A stretch of 63,948 bases of DNA, the filler included, from Myxococcota bacterium (GTDB taxonomy: Bacteria > Myxococcota > Myxococcia > Myxococcales > Myxococcaceae), in assembly GCA_049322255.1 (NCBI GenBank). It is 3 parts of 3 records of this genome, joined end to end, with 100 filler letters (N's around TTAATTAATTAA, not from the genome) between each part and the next. Parts side by side here need not be neighbours in the genome. Positions count along the whole stretch, not along the records: positions 1 to 22,939 come from JBMORE010000066.1; positions 23,040 to 45,539 come from JBMORE010000069.1; 1 more part is not named here. The stretch is one strand, 5' to 3'. Position 1 is the stretch's first letter; every line of letters begins with the position of its first letter. A model generated the notes under the pieces. That model searched no databases. It was given only the letters and a program-made list of their open reading frames with translations, and had not been told where the DNA came from. This document shows, piece by piece, positions 9,474-23,095 of the stretch. Made by a program: the position numbers and the translations under genes.

Positions 9474-11024
9474 CTATTCCCACTCGATGGTGGCGGGCGG
9501 CTTCGACGAGATGTCGTAGACGACCCGGTTGATGCCGCGCACCTCGTTGATGATGCGTGAGGAGATGCGCTCCAGCACTTCGTAGGGCAGCCGCGCCCAA
9601 TCGGCGGTCATGCCGTCGACGCTGGTCACCGCACGCAACACGCAGGTCGACTCGTAGGTGCGCTCATCGCCCATCACCCCCACGCTCTGCACGGGCAGGA
9701 GCACGGCGAACGCCTGCCACAGCTCCCGGTACAGCTTGGCCTGACGAATCTCCTCCTGCACGATGACGTCGGCTTTGCGCAGGACGGCGAGCCGTGGCTC
9801 GTTTACCTCTCCCAGCACACGAATCGCCAGGCCCGGCCCGGGGAAAGGGTGGCGCGAAATCATCTCCTCGGAAAGCCCCAGCTCGCGGCCGAGCAGGCGG
9901 ACCTCGTCCTTGAACAACTCGCGCAAAGGCTCGACGAGCGTAAGCTTCATCACCTCGGGCAGCCCACCCACGTTGTGGTGGCTCTTGATCGTCGCCGAGG
10001 GGCCCTTGGTGGACACCGACTCGATGACGTCGGGGTACAGCGTCCCCTGAGCGAGGAAGTCGACCTCGCCGAGCTCTTTGGCCGCCTCCTCGAACACGGC
10101 GATGAACTCGCGCCCGATGACTTTCCGCTTGGCTTCGGGGTCGACGACGCCCGCCAGCTTGGAGAGGAAGCGCTCCTTCGCGTCCACCGTCTTGAGCGGC
10201 ACGTGGAAGCGGTCGACGAACAACGCCTCGACCTGCGCACGCTCGTCTTGGCGCAACAAGCCGTTGTCCACGAAGATGCACTGCAGCTTGGCCCCGATCG
10301 CCCGGTGAATGAGCAGCGCGGCCACCGAGCTGTCCACGCCTCCGGAGAGCGCGCACACCACCCGGCCATCGCCCACCTGGCGACGAATCGCCTCTTCGGC
10401 CTCGCGGGCAAAGCCCTTCATCGACCAGCTCCCGGAGAGCTTGCAGTCGGCAAAGAGGAAGGACTTGAGCATCTCGCGCCCCTGCGCGGTGTGCACCACC
10501 TCGGGGTGGAACTGCAGGCCGTAGATCGGCTTGAAGTCGTGGGCGGCGGCGGCGAAGGGTGCGCTGAGGGTCTGCCCGATGGGAGAGAACCCTTCGGGTA
10601 GCGACTCCACCCGGTCACCGTGGCTCATCCACACCTTGAGGCGCTCGCCCTTCTTGAAGGAGGCGAAGGGCCCCCGGGAGCGCGTCACCTCCACCTCTGC
10701 GGGGCCGAACTCTCGGTGGGCGCTCTTGTCCACCCTCCCTCCGAGCATCTTCGCGATGAGCTGCAAGCCGTAGCAGATGCCCAACACCGGAACGCCGAGG
10801 TGAAACACTTCGGGGACGCAAGCGGGAGACCCGGGCGCCTCCACCGACGCCGGGCCCCCGGAGAGGATGACGCCCTTGGGCGAAAACGCCTTGATGTCCT
10901 TCGCCGAAAGATCGGGACGGTGAATTTCACAGTAGACTCCCAGCTCTCGTACCCGGCGGGCGATGAGCTGGGTGTACTGACTTCCGAAGTCCAGGATGAG
11001 GAGTTTCTCTGCGTGAATGTCCAC
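9474..11024 (-). CDS. guaA: GMP synthase (glutamine-hydrolysing)
   Basis: [50 protein letters not shown] end; GTG start with GGAGGAG RBS. Confidence 0.98.
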   Translation of the reverse strand: MDIHAEKLLILDFGSQYTQLIARRVRELGVYCEIHRPDLSAKDIKAFSPKGVILSGGPASVEAPGSPACVPEVFHLGVPVLGICYGLQLIAKMLGGRVDKSAHREFGPAEVEVTRSRGPFASFKKGERLKVWMSHGDRVESLPEGFSPIGQTLSAPFAAAAHDFKPIYGLQFHPEVVHTAQGREMLKSFLFADCKLSGSWSMKGFAREAEEAIRRQVGDGRVVCALSGGVDSSVAALLIHRAIGAKLQCIFVDNGLLRQDERAQVEALFVDRFHVPLKTVDAKERFLSKLAGVVDPEAKRKVIGREFIAVFEEAAKELGEVDFLAQGTLYPDVIESVSTKGPSATIKSHHNVGGLPEVMKLTLVEPLRELFKDEVRLLGRELGLSEEMISRHPFPGPGLAIRVLGEVNEPRLAVLRKADVIVQEEIRQAKLYRELWQAFAVLLPVQSVGVMGDERTYESTCVLRAVTSVDGMTADWARLPYEVLERISSRIINEVRGINRVVYDISSKPPATIEWE

Positions 11025-11086
11025 CGACTCCTCCGAAAAGGTGCTCGTTGACACGCGGCCTTAGCGCTACAAGACTTCGAACGCCA

Positions 11087-11698
11087 ATGCAAAACGGCCC
11101 CCTTCCACGGCGCGTCTGTGCCGCTCCCTTGGCCCTCGCGCTGGCGTTCGGCGCGGGTTGCTACCGCGAGATTACGTCGGAGGAGCGGCTCGACCTCGCC
11201 ACCCAGGACATTGCGGTGAAGGACGTGCCGGGAGCCGAGGAGCTGGCGAAGATCGACTGTGGCGACACCCAGGCCGAGCTGGTGAGCGCCCGCAACGTCA
11301 ACAAGCCGGAGGCCGACCGGGTGCTGGCGTACGTCGAGCTGTACCAGAGCCTGCAGAAGCGCTCGACCACCTTCGAAGAGGCGATGGCCAGAAACCCCGA
11401 CCTCGCCTACCAGGAAGGCAGCCAGAAGCTCGTCGAGGCGAAGGAGCTGTGCGTGCAGCAGACCGCCGACGTGCGCGTGGAGTTCGAGCGGTATGTACGG
11501 GAGCTGGTCGACGTCCCCACGGTGAAGGAAGTCAAAGGCGGCAGCACCATCACCGTCGCCCGGCTCGACTTCGACACCCTGCGCACCGCGATCGAAGCCC
11601 TCGACCCCGACGACAAAGATCAGCTGCTCAGCCGCGTGGAGAGCGCGGAGAAGCGCGTGGACGCTGCGCCGGAGAAGGGTCGCAAGCGGGGCAAGTAG
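11087..11698 (+). CDS. Hypothetical helical lipoprotein
   Basis: Hydrophobic signal with GAGC lipobox; host-like codon usage; lies between guaA and guaB. Confidence 0.75.
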   Translation: MQNGPLPRRVCAAPLALALAFGAGCYREITSEERLDLATQDIAVKDVPGAEELAKIDCGDTQAELVSARNVNKPEADRVLAYVELYQSLQKRSTTFEEAMARNPDLAYQEGSQKLVEAKELCVQQTADVRVEFERYVRELVDVPTVKEVKGGSTITVARLDFDTLRTAIEALDPDDKDQLLSRVESAEKRVDAAPEKGRKRGK

Positions 11699-11703
11699 CC
11701 CGC

Positions 11704-15347
<3,644 letters not shown>

Positions 15348-15364
<17 letters not shown>

Positions 15365-16028
15365 GCTCGGCGTCGGAGCGCACCGGCACCTGAGCGAGGG
15401 CGACCGGTGGGGCGCTTCGCCGCCGTCGGCGTGCCCAGCGCACGCCGAGGTAGACCACCACCAGCGCGGCGACCCCGGCGGAGACCCAGACCTGTCCGTC
15501 CCGCAGCTTGGCGATGAGCCACTCCACCTCTCCTCCGAAACGGTAGCCGAGGTAAACGAACACCGGCGCGGAGACGAGGGCGGCGGCGCCGTCGAAGCCG
15601 ATGAAGCGACGGTAGGACATGCCCACCGAGCCGGCGGTGAAGAACGTCACCGCACGCACGCCGGGCATGAACCGGGCGAGCATCACGATCTTCTCTCCGT
15701 GGCGAGAAAAAAGGCTCTCCACCCGGGCACGCTTCTCGGCGGTGACCACCCGGCCCAGAAGCCCGCCCGGGGTACGGCCGACGCGCGAGCCGAAGCGGCG
15801 GCCAGCGAGGAAGATGATCGAGTCACCCACCAGGATTCCCGCCAGCCCCACCACCATCATCGCAGGCAGATGTGCAGCCCCTTGGTGCACGAGGAAGCCG
15901 CCGAGGACCAAGGCGATGTCCTCCGGCAAAGGGACGCCCAAGCCGCAGGCGACGAGCACGCCGAAGACGCTTCCATAGGCCAACCCGCCACTCACACCTT
16001 CGAGAAGACTTCGCAGGAGCTCTTCCAC
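15348..16028 (-). CDS. DedA-family membrane protein
   Basis: GVPLPED, GDSIIFLAGRRFG, ARFMPGVR motifs. Confidence 0.9.
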
Positions 16029-16031
16029 GGG

Positions 16032-17030
16032 CTACTTCTTCGCTGGGCGGCGCGTCTCCGCCTTGGCCAGCGCCTCGAGGGCCCAGGCGTCGACCGCCCG
16101 CGAGTCGTCGAAGGACTTGGCGATGTCCTTGAGGCCGAAGTAACCCTGCTGCGTGGCCGCCTCGTAGACAGCGTCGGCGGCGTCGAGCGCACGCAAGGCA
16201 AGAGCGCGCGATAGCAACGCCGCGGCGTACTCACCCACGGTGCGCTCGCTGGCGCCGACGAGCCTCGCCTCGCGAAGGAGCGCCGCTCCGCCCGCCCAGC
16301 TCGTCTGCGCCTTCTTGGACACCTTCGGTTCGAGGAGCACGCGCGCGTACTCCCGCAGCACGCCCTCGAGGTCTGGCTTGTCGGAAGGGCCGACCACCAA
16401 CACTACCTCGCGATCACCCATCACCCCCCGCGTCACACCTTGCGCCTCGAGCAGGTTGACGACGAGGAGTGATTCGAGCCCCTCTTCGGGCGCCTTGAGT
16501 AGCTTTCGTGCCTTCGACAGCGGTACGTCCAGCGTGCGCAAGTAGGCTTTGAGCGCCCTGCGGTAATCGCTCTGAGTCTGTGCCATCAGCTCGCCCAACT
16601 TCCAGCTGTGGTGCGCTTTGGCCAGCAGCGCCTCCAGGCCCTTGAGGTCGGAGAGCTCCTTGCTCTTGGCGCCGGTAGTGAAGGGGGGCGGGGCGCTGTT
16701 GACCACGTAGGCCAGATACTTGTCGAGCGGCTGCGGGTGGCTGTCGAAGAACTGTTCGGCTTGCCTGCGCACCTCGGCGTCGGCCGCCGCCAGCTGGGCA
16801 CGGACCGCGGCGCGAACCGGGTGGAAGTCGTATTTGGGGACGGGGTCTTTGCGCACGACCGGAGCGGCGTCGTAGCCCATGACATTGAACAGGGCGTAGA
16901 GAGTGAAGACGCGCTCGTCGGCACGTAGCTCGACGCCCTCTTGGGTATAGAGGCTGGCGAACCAATCGGCGTCGGCGAAAGCCGGGCCGGCGGCCGACAA
17001 AACACAAACGGTCAGCAGGGTGTGGCGCAT
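16032..17030 (-). CDS. Hypothetical exported protein
   Basis: Signal peptide MRHTLLTV...AFA; 332 aa, helical, host-like codon usage. Confidence 0.75.
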   Translation of the reverse strand: MRHTLLTVCVLSAAGPAFADADWFASLYTQEGVELRADERVFTLYALFNVMGYDAAPVVRKDPVPKYDFHPVRAAVRAQLAAADAEVRRQAEQFFDSHPQPLDKYLAYVVNSAPPPFTTGAKSKELSDLKGLEALLAKAHHSWKLGELMAQTQSDYRRALKAYLRTLDVPLSKARKLLKAPEEGLESLLVVNLLEAQGVTRGVMGDREVVLVVGPSDKPDLEGVLREYARVLLEPKVSKKAQTSWAGGAALLREARLVGASERTVGEYAAALLSRALALRALDAADAVYEAATQQGYFGLKDIAKSFDDSRAVDAWALEALAKAETRRPAKK

Positions 17031-17079
17031 GGGGTGGCGGGAGCCTACCAAAAGCTGCTTCGCCTTTCGTGGACACTCC

Positions 17080-17535
17080 TCAAGGCTTGGTGAGCAAGCC
17101 CTTGAGCGCTTCTTTGTTCTCCGCCACCTTCTGCCCGAAGAGCGAGACCACCCCCATGAGGAGCTTGAGGCAGGCCTGGGGCTTGGCCGCCAGGAGCTTT
17201 TGAAAATCTGCGTGACGAATCTCGAAGGCGGTCACGTTACTGGTGGCGGTGGCCGTGCACAGGCGCTGCCCCTGCTGAATGAGCGACAGCTCGCCCAAGC
17301 AGTCGCCTGCCCCCAGCTCGCCGATGGGCACCTCTTCTCCCGCCTTGTTCTTCGAGCTGAGCTTCACCGAACCCTCGGCGAGGATGATGAGCGCGTCGGC
17401 CACCATGTTCTCTACGAAGATCGGGCTGCCCTTGGGGAACGAGCGGGCGTTGGAGATGCCGGCGATGATCTGCAACCCGGTGTCGGTGAAGCCCTTGAAG
17501 AGGGGGCAGGCTCTCAGGGCAGCGAGCGCATCCAT
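17080..17535 (-). CDS. Stand-alone cyclic-nucleotide-binding domain protein
   Basis: CPLFKGF, GSVKLS, GDCLGELSL, RLCTATA; no HTH. Confidence 0.88.
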   Translation of the reverse strand: MDALAALRACPLFKGFTDTGLQIIAGISNARSFPKGSPIFVENMVADALIILAEGSVKLSSKNKAGEEVPIGELGAGDCLGELSLIQQGQRLCTATATSNVTAFEIRHADFQKLLAAKPQACLKLLMGVVSLFGQKVAENKEALKGLLTKP

Positions 17536-17583
17536 GCCAGGGCCTTCATAACACGCTCGTCCCTCTCCGAACGGTTTTCCCTC

Positions 17584-18774
17584 TCAGCGGCCGAAGGCGA
17601 CGGCGGCCCACAAGCGCCAGCCCAGACGAGGCGCCTCGCCCAACAGCACGCCAGCCAGCGCCTGACGTACCTGCTCCGAGCGGGTGGCGGCACGAAAGAA
17701 GCGATCGACCAGCCGCGGCCGGCTGAAGAAAGACGCCATGCGATGGTTGAGGCGAAAGACGGCTTCGAAGCGTTTCCGGCAGCGGCGGCCGTACCCGGTC
17801 AGCCCACGTACCCCCAAGTCTCCCACCTGGTCGGCCTCGACTACTGCGGCGGCGGCGAAGCGCCCACTTTCCAGCGCGAACTCGATTCCCTCCCCGGTGA
17901 GGGGGTTGACGAAGCCGGCCGCGTCGCCGAGCAAGAGCGCCCGGTCGAACACCAGCCGCGAAGCAAAGGACCCGAACGGCAGGTGGTGCCCCTTGGGTTT
18001 TCCGACACGGGTTGCGCCTTGAAGCTCGGCTGCGATGCGCGGAAGAGCACAAAAGCGTTCGAGCAGCTCGTTGATACGGTAGGGCTGCGCCTCGAGCAGG
18101 TCAGCTCGCATGCCCACTCCGATGTTCGCGCGGTTGCCCGGGAGCGGGAACACCCACCCGTAGCCGGGGAGAAGATCCTTTTCCCAGAAGATGCCGAAGG
18201 CGTGCGGGCGGCTCAGGCGCACGTTTTCGTAATACACGCGCAAGGCAACTGCACGATGCGCCGAAGGAAAGTCTGGGGCCCCCAGCGAGCTGCGCACGAC
18301 CGACGGCGCTCCGTCACAGCCGAGCACCACGTCGGCACGAACCGTCTCGCCTCCGCGGCAGCGCACGGCGACGCCCTGCTCCTCGCGATGGATGCCTTCG
18401 ACACGAACACCCTCCCGCAGGGTGGCGCCCGCTTGAACGGCCCTTTGCACCAACCGTTGGTCGAGAACCTGGCGAGCGATGACACAGCCTCGGCCGCCGA
18501 AGATGCTCTTGGGAATCTCGGCGTCGAGCACCAACCCCGAGGGGGAGGCTCCGTAGAGCGCATCGACGGGGGCCGCCGCAGACGCCTCGCGTACAAGCTC
18601 GCCCAGGCCGAGCGCCTCCAGCATCCACACCGCGCGCGGGGTGCAGCCATCGCCACAGACCTTGTCACGGGGGAAGTGTGAACGTTCGAGGAGGGTGACG
18701 CTCGCCCCTTGCTGCGCAAGGAACGTCGCCGCGGAGGAGCCCGCGGGTCCGGCGCCCACGATGACGACGTGCAT
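17584..18774 (-). CDS. Geranylgeranyl-reductase-family FAD oxidoreductase
   Basis: VGAGPAGS, FPRDKVCGDG, GYGWVFP, LGDAAGFVNPLTGEGI; ATG at 18774 (longer ORF is REP read-through). Confidence 0.9.
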   Translation of the reverse strand: MHVVIVGAGPAGSSAATFLAQQGASVTLLERSHFPRDKVCGDGCTPRAVWMLEALGLGELVREASAAAPVDALYGASPSGLVLDAEIPKSIFGGRGCVIARQVLDQRLVQRAVQAGATLREGVRVEGIHREEQGVAVRCRGGETVRADVVLGCDGAPSVVRSSLGAPDFPSAHRAVALRVYYENVRLSRPHAFGIFWEKDLLPGYGWVFPLPGNRANIGVGMRADLLEAQPYRINELLERFCALPRIAAELQGATRVGKPKGHHLPFGSFASRLVFDRALLLGDAAGFVNPLTGEGIEFALESGRFAAAAVVEADQVGDLGVRGLTGYGRRCRKRFEAVFRLNHRMASFFSRPRLVDRFFRAATRSEQVRQALAGVLLGEAPRLGWRLWAAVAFGR

Positions 18775-18785
18775 GCGCGCAACTA

Positions 18786-18870
18786 TCCCTCTCCCCGTGG
18801 GAGAGGGTAAGGGCGAGGGGCCCGGGAATTTACGCCCCTCACCCCATCCCTCTCCCAGAGGGAGAGGGAG
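18786..18870. repeat. Inverted pair of REP-like elements
   Basis: TCCCTCTCCCCGTGGGAGAGGGTAAGGGCGAGGGG ... CCCCTCACCCCATCCCTCTCCCAGAGGGAGAGGGA. Confidence 0.85.
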
Positions 18871-19384
18871 TGCGGCTGGCCCGATGCTCACGGGCGTAGT
18901 CGACATAGTTCTGTGCCGACTGGGCGAGGTAGGCGCGCTCGTCGGCGGAAAGCGGCCGGCGCACCTTGGCCGGGCTGCCGACGATCAGCGAGCCCGGCGG
19001 AACCCGAGTGCCCGGAGTGACCAGCGAGCCCGCACCCACGATGCACTCATCACCGATCTCCACCCCGTCCATCAGCACCGCGCCCATGCCGACGAGCACC
19101 CGCGAGCCCACGGTGCAGCCGTGGAGGACGACGTGATGCCCGACGGTGACCTCATCTCCGATGAGCGTGGGGAACTTCTTCGAAAGCACATGGACCATGG
19201 TGAGGTCCTGAATGTTGGTGCGCCGGCCGATGCGAATGTGGTTCACGTCGCCGCGCACCACGCTGTTGAACCACACCGACGAGTCCTCACCGAAGACGAC
19301 ATCGCCAATCACCTGAGCGGAGTCTTCGATGAAGCAGCTGGCGGGAATCGTCGGTGAGACTTCTTTGAAAGCGCGAATGGTCAT
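18839..19384 (-). CDS. Gamma-carbonic-anhydrase-family protein (YrdA-like)
   Basis: VVRGDVN, NIQD..MVH, GHHVVLHGC, hexapeptide repeats. Confidence 0.93.
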   Translation of the reverse strand: MTIRAFKEVSPTIPASCFIEDSAQVIGDVVFGEDSSVWFNSVVRGDVNHIRIGRRTNIQDLTMVHVLSKKFPTLIGDEVTVGHHVVLHGCTVGSRVLVGMGAVLMDGVEIGDECIVGAGSLVTPGTRVPPGSLIVGSPAKVRRPLSADERAYLAQSAQNYVDYAREHRASRTPSPSGRGMG

Positions 19385-19387
19385 CGG

Positions 19388-20719
19388 TCAGGCGACGCAG
19401 AGCTCGAGCGCGGTTTGCACCCCCAAGAGCGCGCTGGCGGAGGCGTGCTCCACCCGGACGTGGACGAGCGCGCCCACCGGAGCGTCGCCGTCGAAGTTCA
19501 CCGTGCGGTTCTCGGGGGTGCGGCCGAAGCGGCGCGTGGGCTCGGTCTTCGACGGCCCCTCGACCAGCACCTCGACCGTCTTGCCCACCTCAGCGGCCAT
19601 GCGCTCGGTGCTGATGCGCTTTTGCAGCTTCTGCAGCCGTTCGAGCCGAGCCAGCTTGAGCTCGTGCGGAACCGGGCCCCACTCGGCTTCGCGCAGGGCA
19701 GCGCCAGTCTTGGGGCGCGGGGAGAAAACGAAGGAGAACTGGCCCTCGAAGCGCACCGCTTCAGTGAGGGCGAGGGTCTTTTCGAAATCGGCCTCGGTCT
19801 CGCCGGGGAAGCCGACGATGACGTCGGTGGTGACGGCGATGCCCGGCCGCGCCGCCCGCAGCTTGCCCAGCCGTTCGAGGTACTCGGCGACGGTGTAGTC
19901 ACGCCGCATGCGCTTCAACACCTCGTCCGAGCCGCTCTGCACCGGCAGGTGAAAATGCGGGGCAATCTTCGGCTGGGTGCGAAAAGCGTCGATCAGCGCG
20001 TCGGAGAGATCGTGGGGGTGGCTGGTGGTGAAACGCACGCGCTCGATGCCGCTCACCTCGGCCACGCGCAAGAGCAGCTCGGCAAAGCCCACTCCGCCGC
20101 GATAGGAGTTCACGTTCTGCCCAATGAGGGTAACCTCACGCAGCCCCACCCGGGCGAGGTCGGCCACCTCGGCCAACACCTCGGTGAATGCACGGCTGAC
20201 CTCGCGCCCGCGGGTGTGCGGCACCACGCAGAAAGAGCAGACGTTGTCGCACCCTTTCATCACGGTGACGAACTCGGTGACTTTCCCGCGCGAGGTTTCA
20301 GGGTCGGCGCGGGGGAAGACGTACTCTTCGGAGTCGACCCAGGCGGTCTCCACCACGCGCACGCGGTCTTGTTGCACGCGCGCGAGAATCTCGGGCAGCT
20401 TGGCGATCGCGTCGGGGCCGAAGACGAAATCGACGTACGGCACCCGTTTGAGAATCCGCTCCTTCTCCTGCTGGGCCACGCAGCCGCCGACGGCGAGGAG
20501 CGCCCCGCGAGAGGTCTTCACCTGCCGGTAACGCCCCAGTGCCGAGAGCATCTTGTCCTCCGCCTTCTCGCGGATGGCGCAGGTGTTCAAGATGATGAGG
20601 TCGGCGTCCTCCACCGTGGAGGTGGGCGCGTACGAAAGCCCCGCCAACACCTCGCCGATGCGCAAGGTGTCGTTGACGTTCATCTGACACCCGAAGGTGT
20701 GGATGAAGTACCGCTTCAT
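19388..20719 (-). CDS. miaB: tRNA-2-methylthio-N6-dimethylallyladenosine synthase
   Basis: TFGCQMN, NTCAIRE, GCVAQ, radical SAM CDNVCSFC, C-terminal TRAM; ATG at 20719 with GGAGGAG RBS. Confidence 0.97.
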   Translation of the reverse strand: MKRYFIHTFGCQMNVNDTLRIGEVLAGLSYAPTSTVEDADLIILNTCAIREKAEDKMLSALGRYRQVKTSRGALLAVGGCVAQQEKERILKRVPYVDFVFGPDAIAKLPEILARVQQDRVRVVETAWVDSEEYVFPRADPETSRGKVTEFVTVMKGCDNVCSFCVVPHTRGREVSRAFTEVLAEVADLARVGLREVTLIGQNVNSYRGGVGFAELLLRVAEVSGIERVRFTTSHPHDLSDALIDAFRTQPKIAPHFHLPVQSGSDEVLKRMRRDYTVAEYLERLGKLRAARPGIAVTTDVIVGFPGETEADFEKTLALTEAVRFEGQFSFVFSPRPKTGAALREAEWGPVPHELKLARLERLQKLQKRISTERMAAEVGKTVEVLVEGPSKTEPTRRFGRTPENRTVNFDGDAPVGALVHVRVEHASASALLGVQTALELCVA

Positions 20720-21147
20720 GCGACTCCTCCGTACAGCCGATGGACCTCCTGGTGCAAGGCGATCAGCTCCTCTTCCCGCTCCCGCAAGAGGGAAATCGCG
20801 GCGGACGAATAACGTTCCTCCAGGGTGGAGAGGTCTTCGAGACGGGGCAGCTCGGAGCCGATGCGCTCGGCCAGCGCGCCTTGCCCCTTTGCGCGTGCCT
20901 CGTCGCGCCGGGCAAGCAGCTTTCGAGCTGCCCAGCGCCGGCCGCAAAAGTCGGCGCATACGGACCGCAGGTGTTCGAGGTCGAGCGCGTCGAGCCCGAC
21001 GGTTGCTCGTGCCAGCGCGTGGGCTTCGACCAAGCCGTACGTCTTGGCTCGTTCGAGCAGCAAGCGCTGATAGGTGACAAGCCGGGCCACTCCATCGGCA
21101 GAAATGACCGGCGCGGCCAGCCGGAGGGTCTTTACGTCGGCGTCCAC
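20716..21147 (-). CDS. Hypothetical helical protein translationally coupled to miaB
   Basis: 143-aa ORF whose stop overlaps the miaB ATG (ATGA). Confidence 0.7.
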   Translation of the reverse strand: MDADVKTLRLAAPVISADGVARLVTYQRLLLERAKTYGLVEAHALARATVGLDALDLEHLRSVCADFCGRRWAARKLLARRDEARAKGQGALAERIGSELPRLEDLSTLEERYSSAAISLLREREEELIALHQEVHRLYGGVA

Positions 21148-21267
21148 CGGCGCTCACATAACCTCTTTGGGCCCGTTTGCGAAAGCCGTCCCCCCACCGA
21201 GCGAGCGGGCGGCGGGTGAAACCGTCATGAACGGGGTTTGAACCCGCATCGGATAAAACGCGCATTC

Positions 21268-21358
21268 GAGACTCCGGAGCGGAAGCCCTGGGGTTTGCGC
21301 CCGCCAAAAGGCGCAAATGTTTGGGGCGTGCCCACTCAAGCCACTGCTCCGGGGTCTC
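21268..21358 (+). ncRNA. Candidate structured intergenic RNA (rod-like hairpin), or a MITE-like palindrome
   Basis: 15-bp outer stem GAGACTCCGGAGCGG / CTGCTCCGGGGTCTC and inner stem GTTTGCGCC / GGCGCAAAT; the mismatches are G-U wobbles only on the + strand. Confidence 0.4.
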
Positions 21359-21365
21359 AGTCTCC

Positions 21366-22763
21366 TCACGCCGGGACGAGCTCTTCAGCCACGTTTGCCA
21401 GATCGCTCAGCGACTGCACCGTCACCACTTGGTGGCAGAACTTGGCGTAGGTGAGCATCTCGCTGTCGCCGAAGCCCCAGGTGCGCTTGTCCTCGGGGCA
21501 GATCCACAACACGCGCCGTGCCTTTCGCTTCACGTCGGCGAGCGCCCAGGCGTTGTGCGGGTTGTAGTTGTTGCGCCCATCGCCGATGACCATCACGGTG
21601 GTACGGCGGGTGATGGCGCCCAGCTCGTCGCGGCAAAAGCTCGCCAACGCGCGGCCGTAGTTCGAGTTGGCATGGAGGGAAATCGCCTTGCCCGCGGTGG
21701 CCAGGTCGATCGCCTGGTCGACCTCCAGGTCCTTGAACCAGCGGGTGACCTCGCCGACGTCGGAGACGAAGACGAACGAGCGCACGCGCAGGAAAAGGGA
21801 CTGCAGCGTGTGCATGAACAAGAGCATCATCCGCGAGGCGTTGCGCACCGAGTCGGAGACGTCACAGAGCACGATGACCTCGGGGCGCTCCGGCCGTCGG
21901 TCGCGGAACTGGGGAGACATGGGCACCCCGCCCCAAGTGAGGTTTTTGCGCAAGGTGCGGCGAACGTTGAGCGAGCCGCGACGGCGGGAACGCTGCTTGC
22001 GCACCAGGCGGGTCTTCAGCTTCTCGGCCAGACGCCGCACCGCGTGCTGAGCTTGGTCCACCTCGGCGCGGGAGAGGGTGTGAAAGGCGCGTTCGGCGAT
22101 GCCGCCCGAGGCCCTGCGCAGGCGGGCTTTGGCCTGGCGATCGATCTCCCGGCGTGCGGCGTCCTCCACCTGGCGCAGCGCGCTGGCGAGCCTCTTGGAG
22201 ACAATCTCCAGGCCTTCATGGGAGAGGCCGCGCGCCGTAAGCTCGCCTTCCAGAGCCGTCAGATCGCTGCGCAGCTTCTCTCCTCCGGCGGAGGCCATCA
22301 GTCTGCGAGAAAAGAAGGCGGCCTGGAGCGGGTTGTCCATGCGCGAAAGCTCGAGCTGGAGCGTGCCCGCGCGGAAGAGGTGCGCCAAGCGCGCCCGGTC
22401 GCCCTTCAGCATCGCCTGGGTCAAGGGGGAGAGCTGATTGAACAGGCGGTTGACGGTAGCGACCACCATGGCCAGCTCGTCGCCCTGGAGCAGCCCCTCT
22501 TCCTCGAGCGATTGAAGAAGCGACTGGTCGAGCGCCTCGAACGTTCGGGCGGCGCCGGAGAAGTAGAACGCGAAGGCCTTGGAGAAGGCTTCTTGATCGA
22601 GCTCGCGCTTGCACATCGTCGAGCGCAGCGCCGCTTCGAAGACGCCGCGATCCGCCAACCCGACCTCCAAGGTGGCGCGCACCGCGTCGTTCACCTCGGA
22701 GGGGCCGACGCGCACGCCGTTCTGACGGAGGATTTCGGCGAACTCGACGATGCGGGCATCCAT
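21366..22763 (-). CDS. VWA-domain CoxE-like protein
   Basis: LRQNGVRVGPSE N-terminus, NVRRTLRKN, LCDVSDS (MIDAS), SNYG, IGDGRNNY, W.CPE..W.FGDS.M..Y. Confidence 0.9.
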   Translation of the reverse strand: MDARIVEFAEILRQNGVRVGPSEVNDAVRATLEVGLADRGVFEAALRSTMCKRELDQEAFSKAFAFYFSGAARTFEALDQSLLQSLEEEGLLQGDELAMVVATVNRLFNQLSPLTQAMLKGDRARLAHLFRAGTLQLELSRMDNPLQAAFFSRRLMASAGGEKLRSDLTALEGELTARGLSHEGLEIVSKRLASALRQVEDAARREIDRQAKARLRRASGGIAERAFHTLSRAEVDQAQHAVRRLAEKLKTRLVRKQRSRRRGSLNVRRTLRKNLTWGGVPMSPQFRDRRPERPEVIVLCDVSDSVRNASRMMLLFMHTLQSLFLRVRSFVFVSDVGEVTRWFKDLEVDQAIDLATAGKAISLHANSNYGRALASFCRDELGAITRRTTVMVIGDGRNNYNPHNAWALADVKRKARRVLWICPEDKRTWGFGDSEMLTYAKFCHQVVTVQSLSDLANVAEELVPA

Positions 22764-22770
22764 GACGTCC

Positions 22771-22831
22771 TCCCTCTCCCCTTGGGAGAGGATTATCGCC
22801 CCTCACCCTTGTCCTCTCCCAGAGGGCAGGG
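22771..22831. repeat. REP-like elements upstream of the CoxE-like gene
   Basis: TCCCTCTCCCCTTGGGAGAGG and CCCCTCACCCTTGTCCTCTCCCAGAGGGCAGGG. Confidence 0.75.
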
Positions 22832-22939
22832 CGAGCGCACGATAAAGCTATGAAAACGCTTGGGTGAGCAATCGCGCTCGGTAGGCGTCGTTGAGAGTGG
22901 CGCGCCGCATTTTCTTCGGCGCGCTGCCCTTTATGCTCG

Positions 22940-23039
22940 NNNNNNNNNNNNNNNNNNNNNNNNNNNNNNNNNNNNNNNNNNNNTTAATTAATTAANNNNN
23001 NNNNNNNNNNNNNNNNNNNNNNNNNNNNNNNNNNNNNNN
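22940..23039. other. Artificial contig-join linker
   Basis: N44-TTAATTAATTAA-N44; stops in all six frames. Confidence 0.97.
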
Positions 23040-23095
23040 TAACCTCCGCGCCCACCCCGCTCTGTCGCTGGCGGTCGGCCCGCGCCTGGCCCACA

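Noticed and set aside
11048..11076. TTGACA promoter for the lipoprotein at 11087
   Set aside because: The -35 is perfect but the -10 at 17 bp (AAGACT) is weak; not enough to call.
18775..18906. N-terminal extension of the reductase (PLPLGEGWGEG...PSPLPSPTGRG)
   Set aside because: It is the REP pair read in frame; the Rossmann motif starts right after ATG 18774.
21160..21358. 6S RNA, SRP RNA, tRNA-Sec, retron msr/msd or c-di-GMP riboswitch
   Set aside because: The rod is about half the length of 6S; no GGAAGGAAGCAGC SRP loop, no cloverleaf, no reverse transcriptase nearby, no GEMM core.
21366..22939. CoxE-like VWA gene lacking its MoxR/CoxD AAA+ partner
   Set aside because: The contig ends 176 bp upstream, so absence cannot be judged.
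22984..22995. TTAATTAATTAA palindrome (also at 45584-45595) as a biological site
   Set aside because: Embedded in exact N44 runs; a standard six-frame-stop linker.
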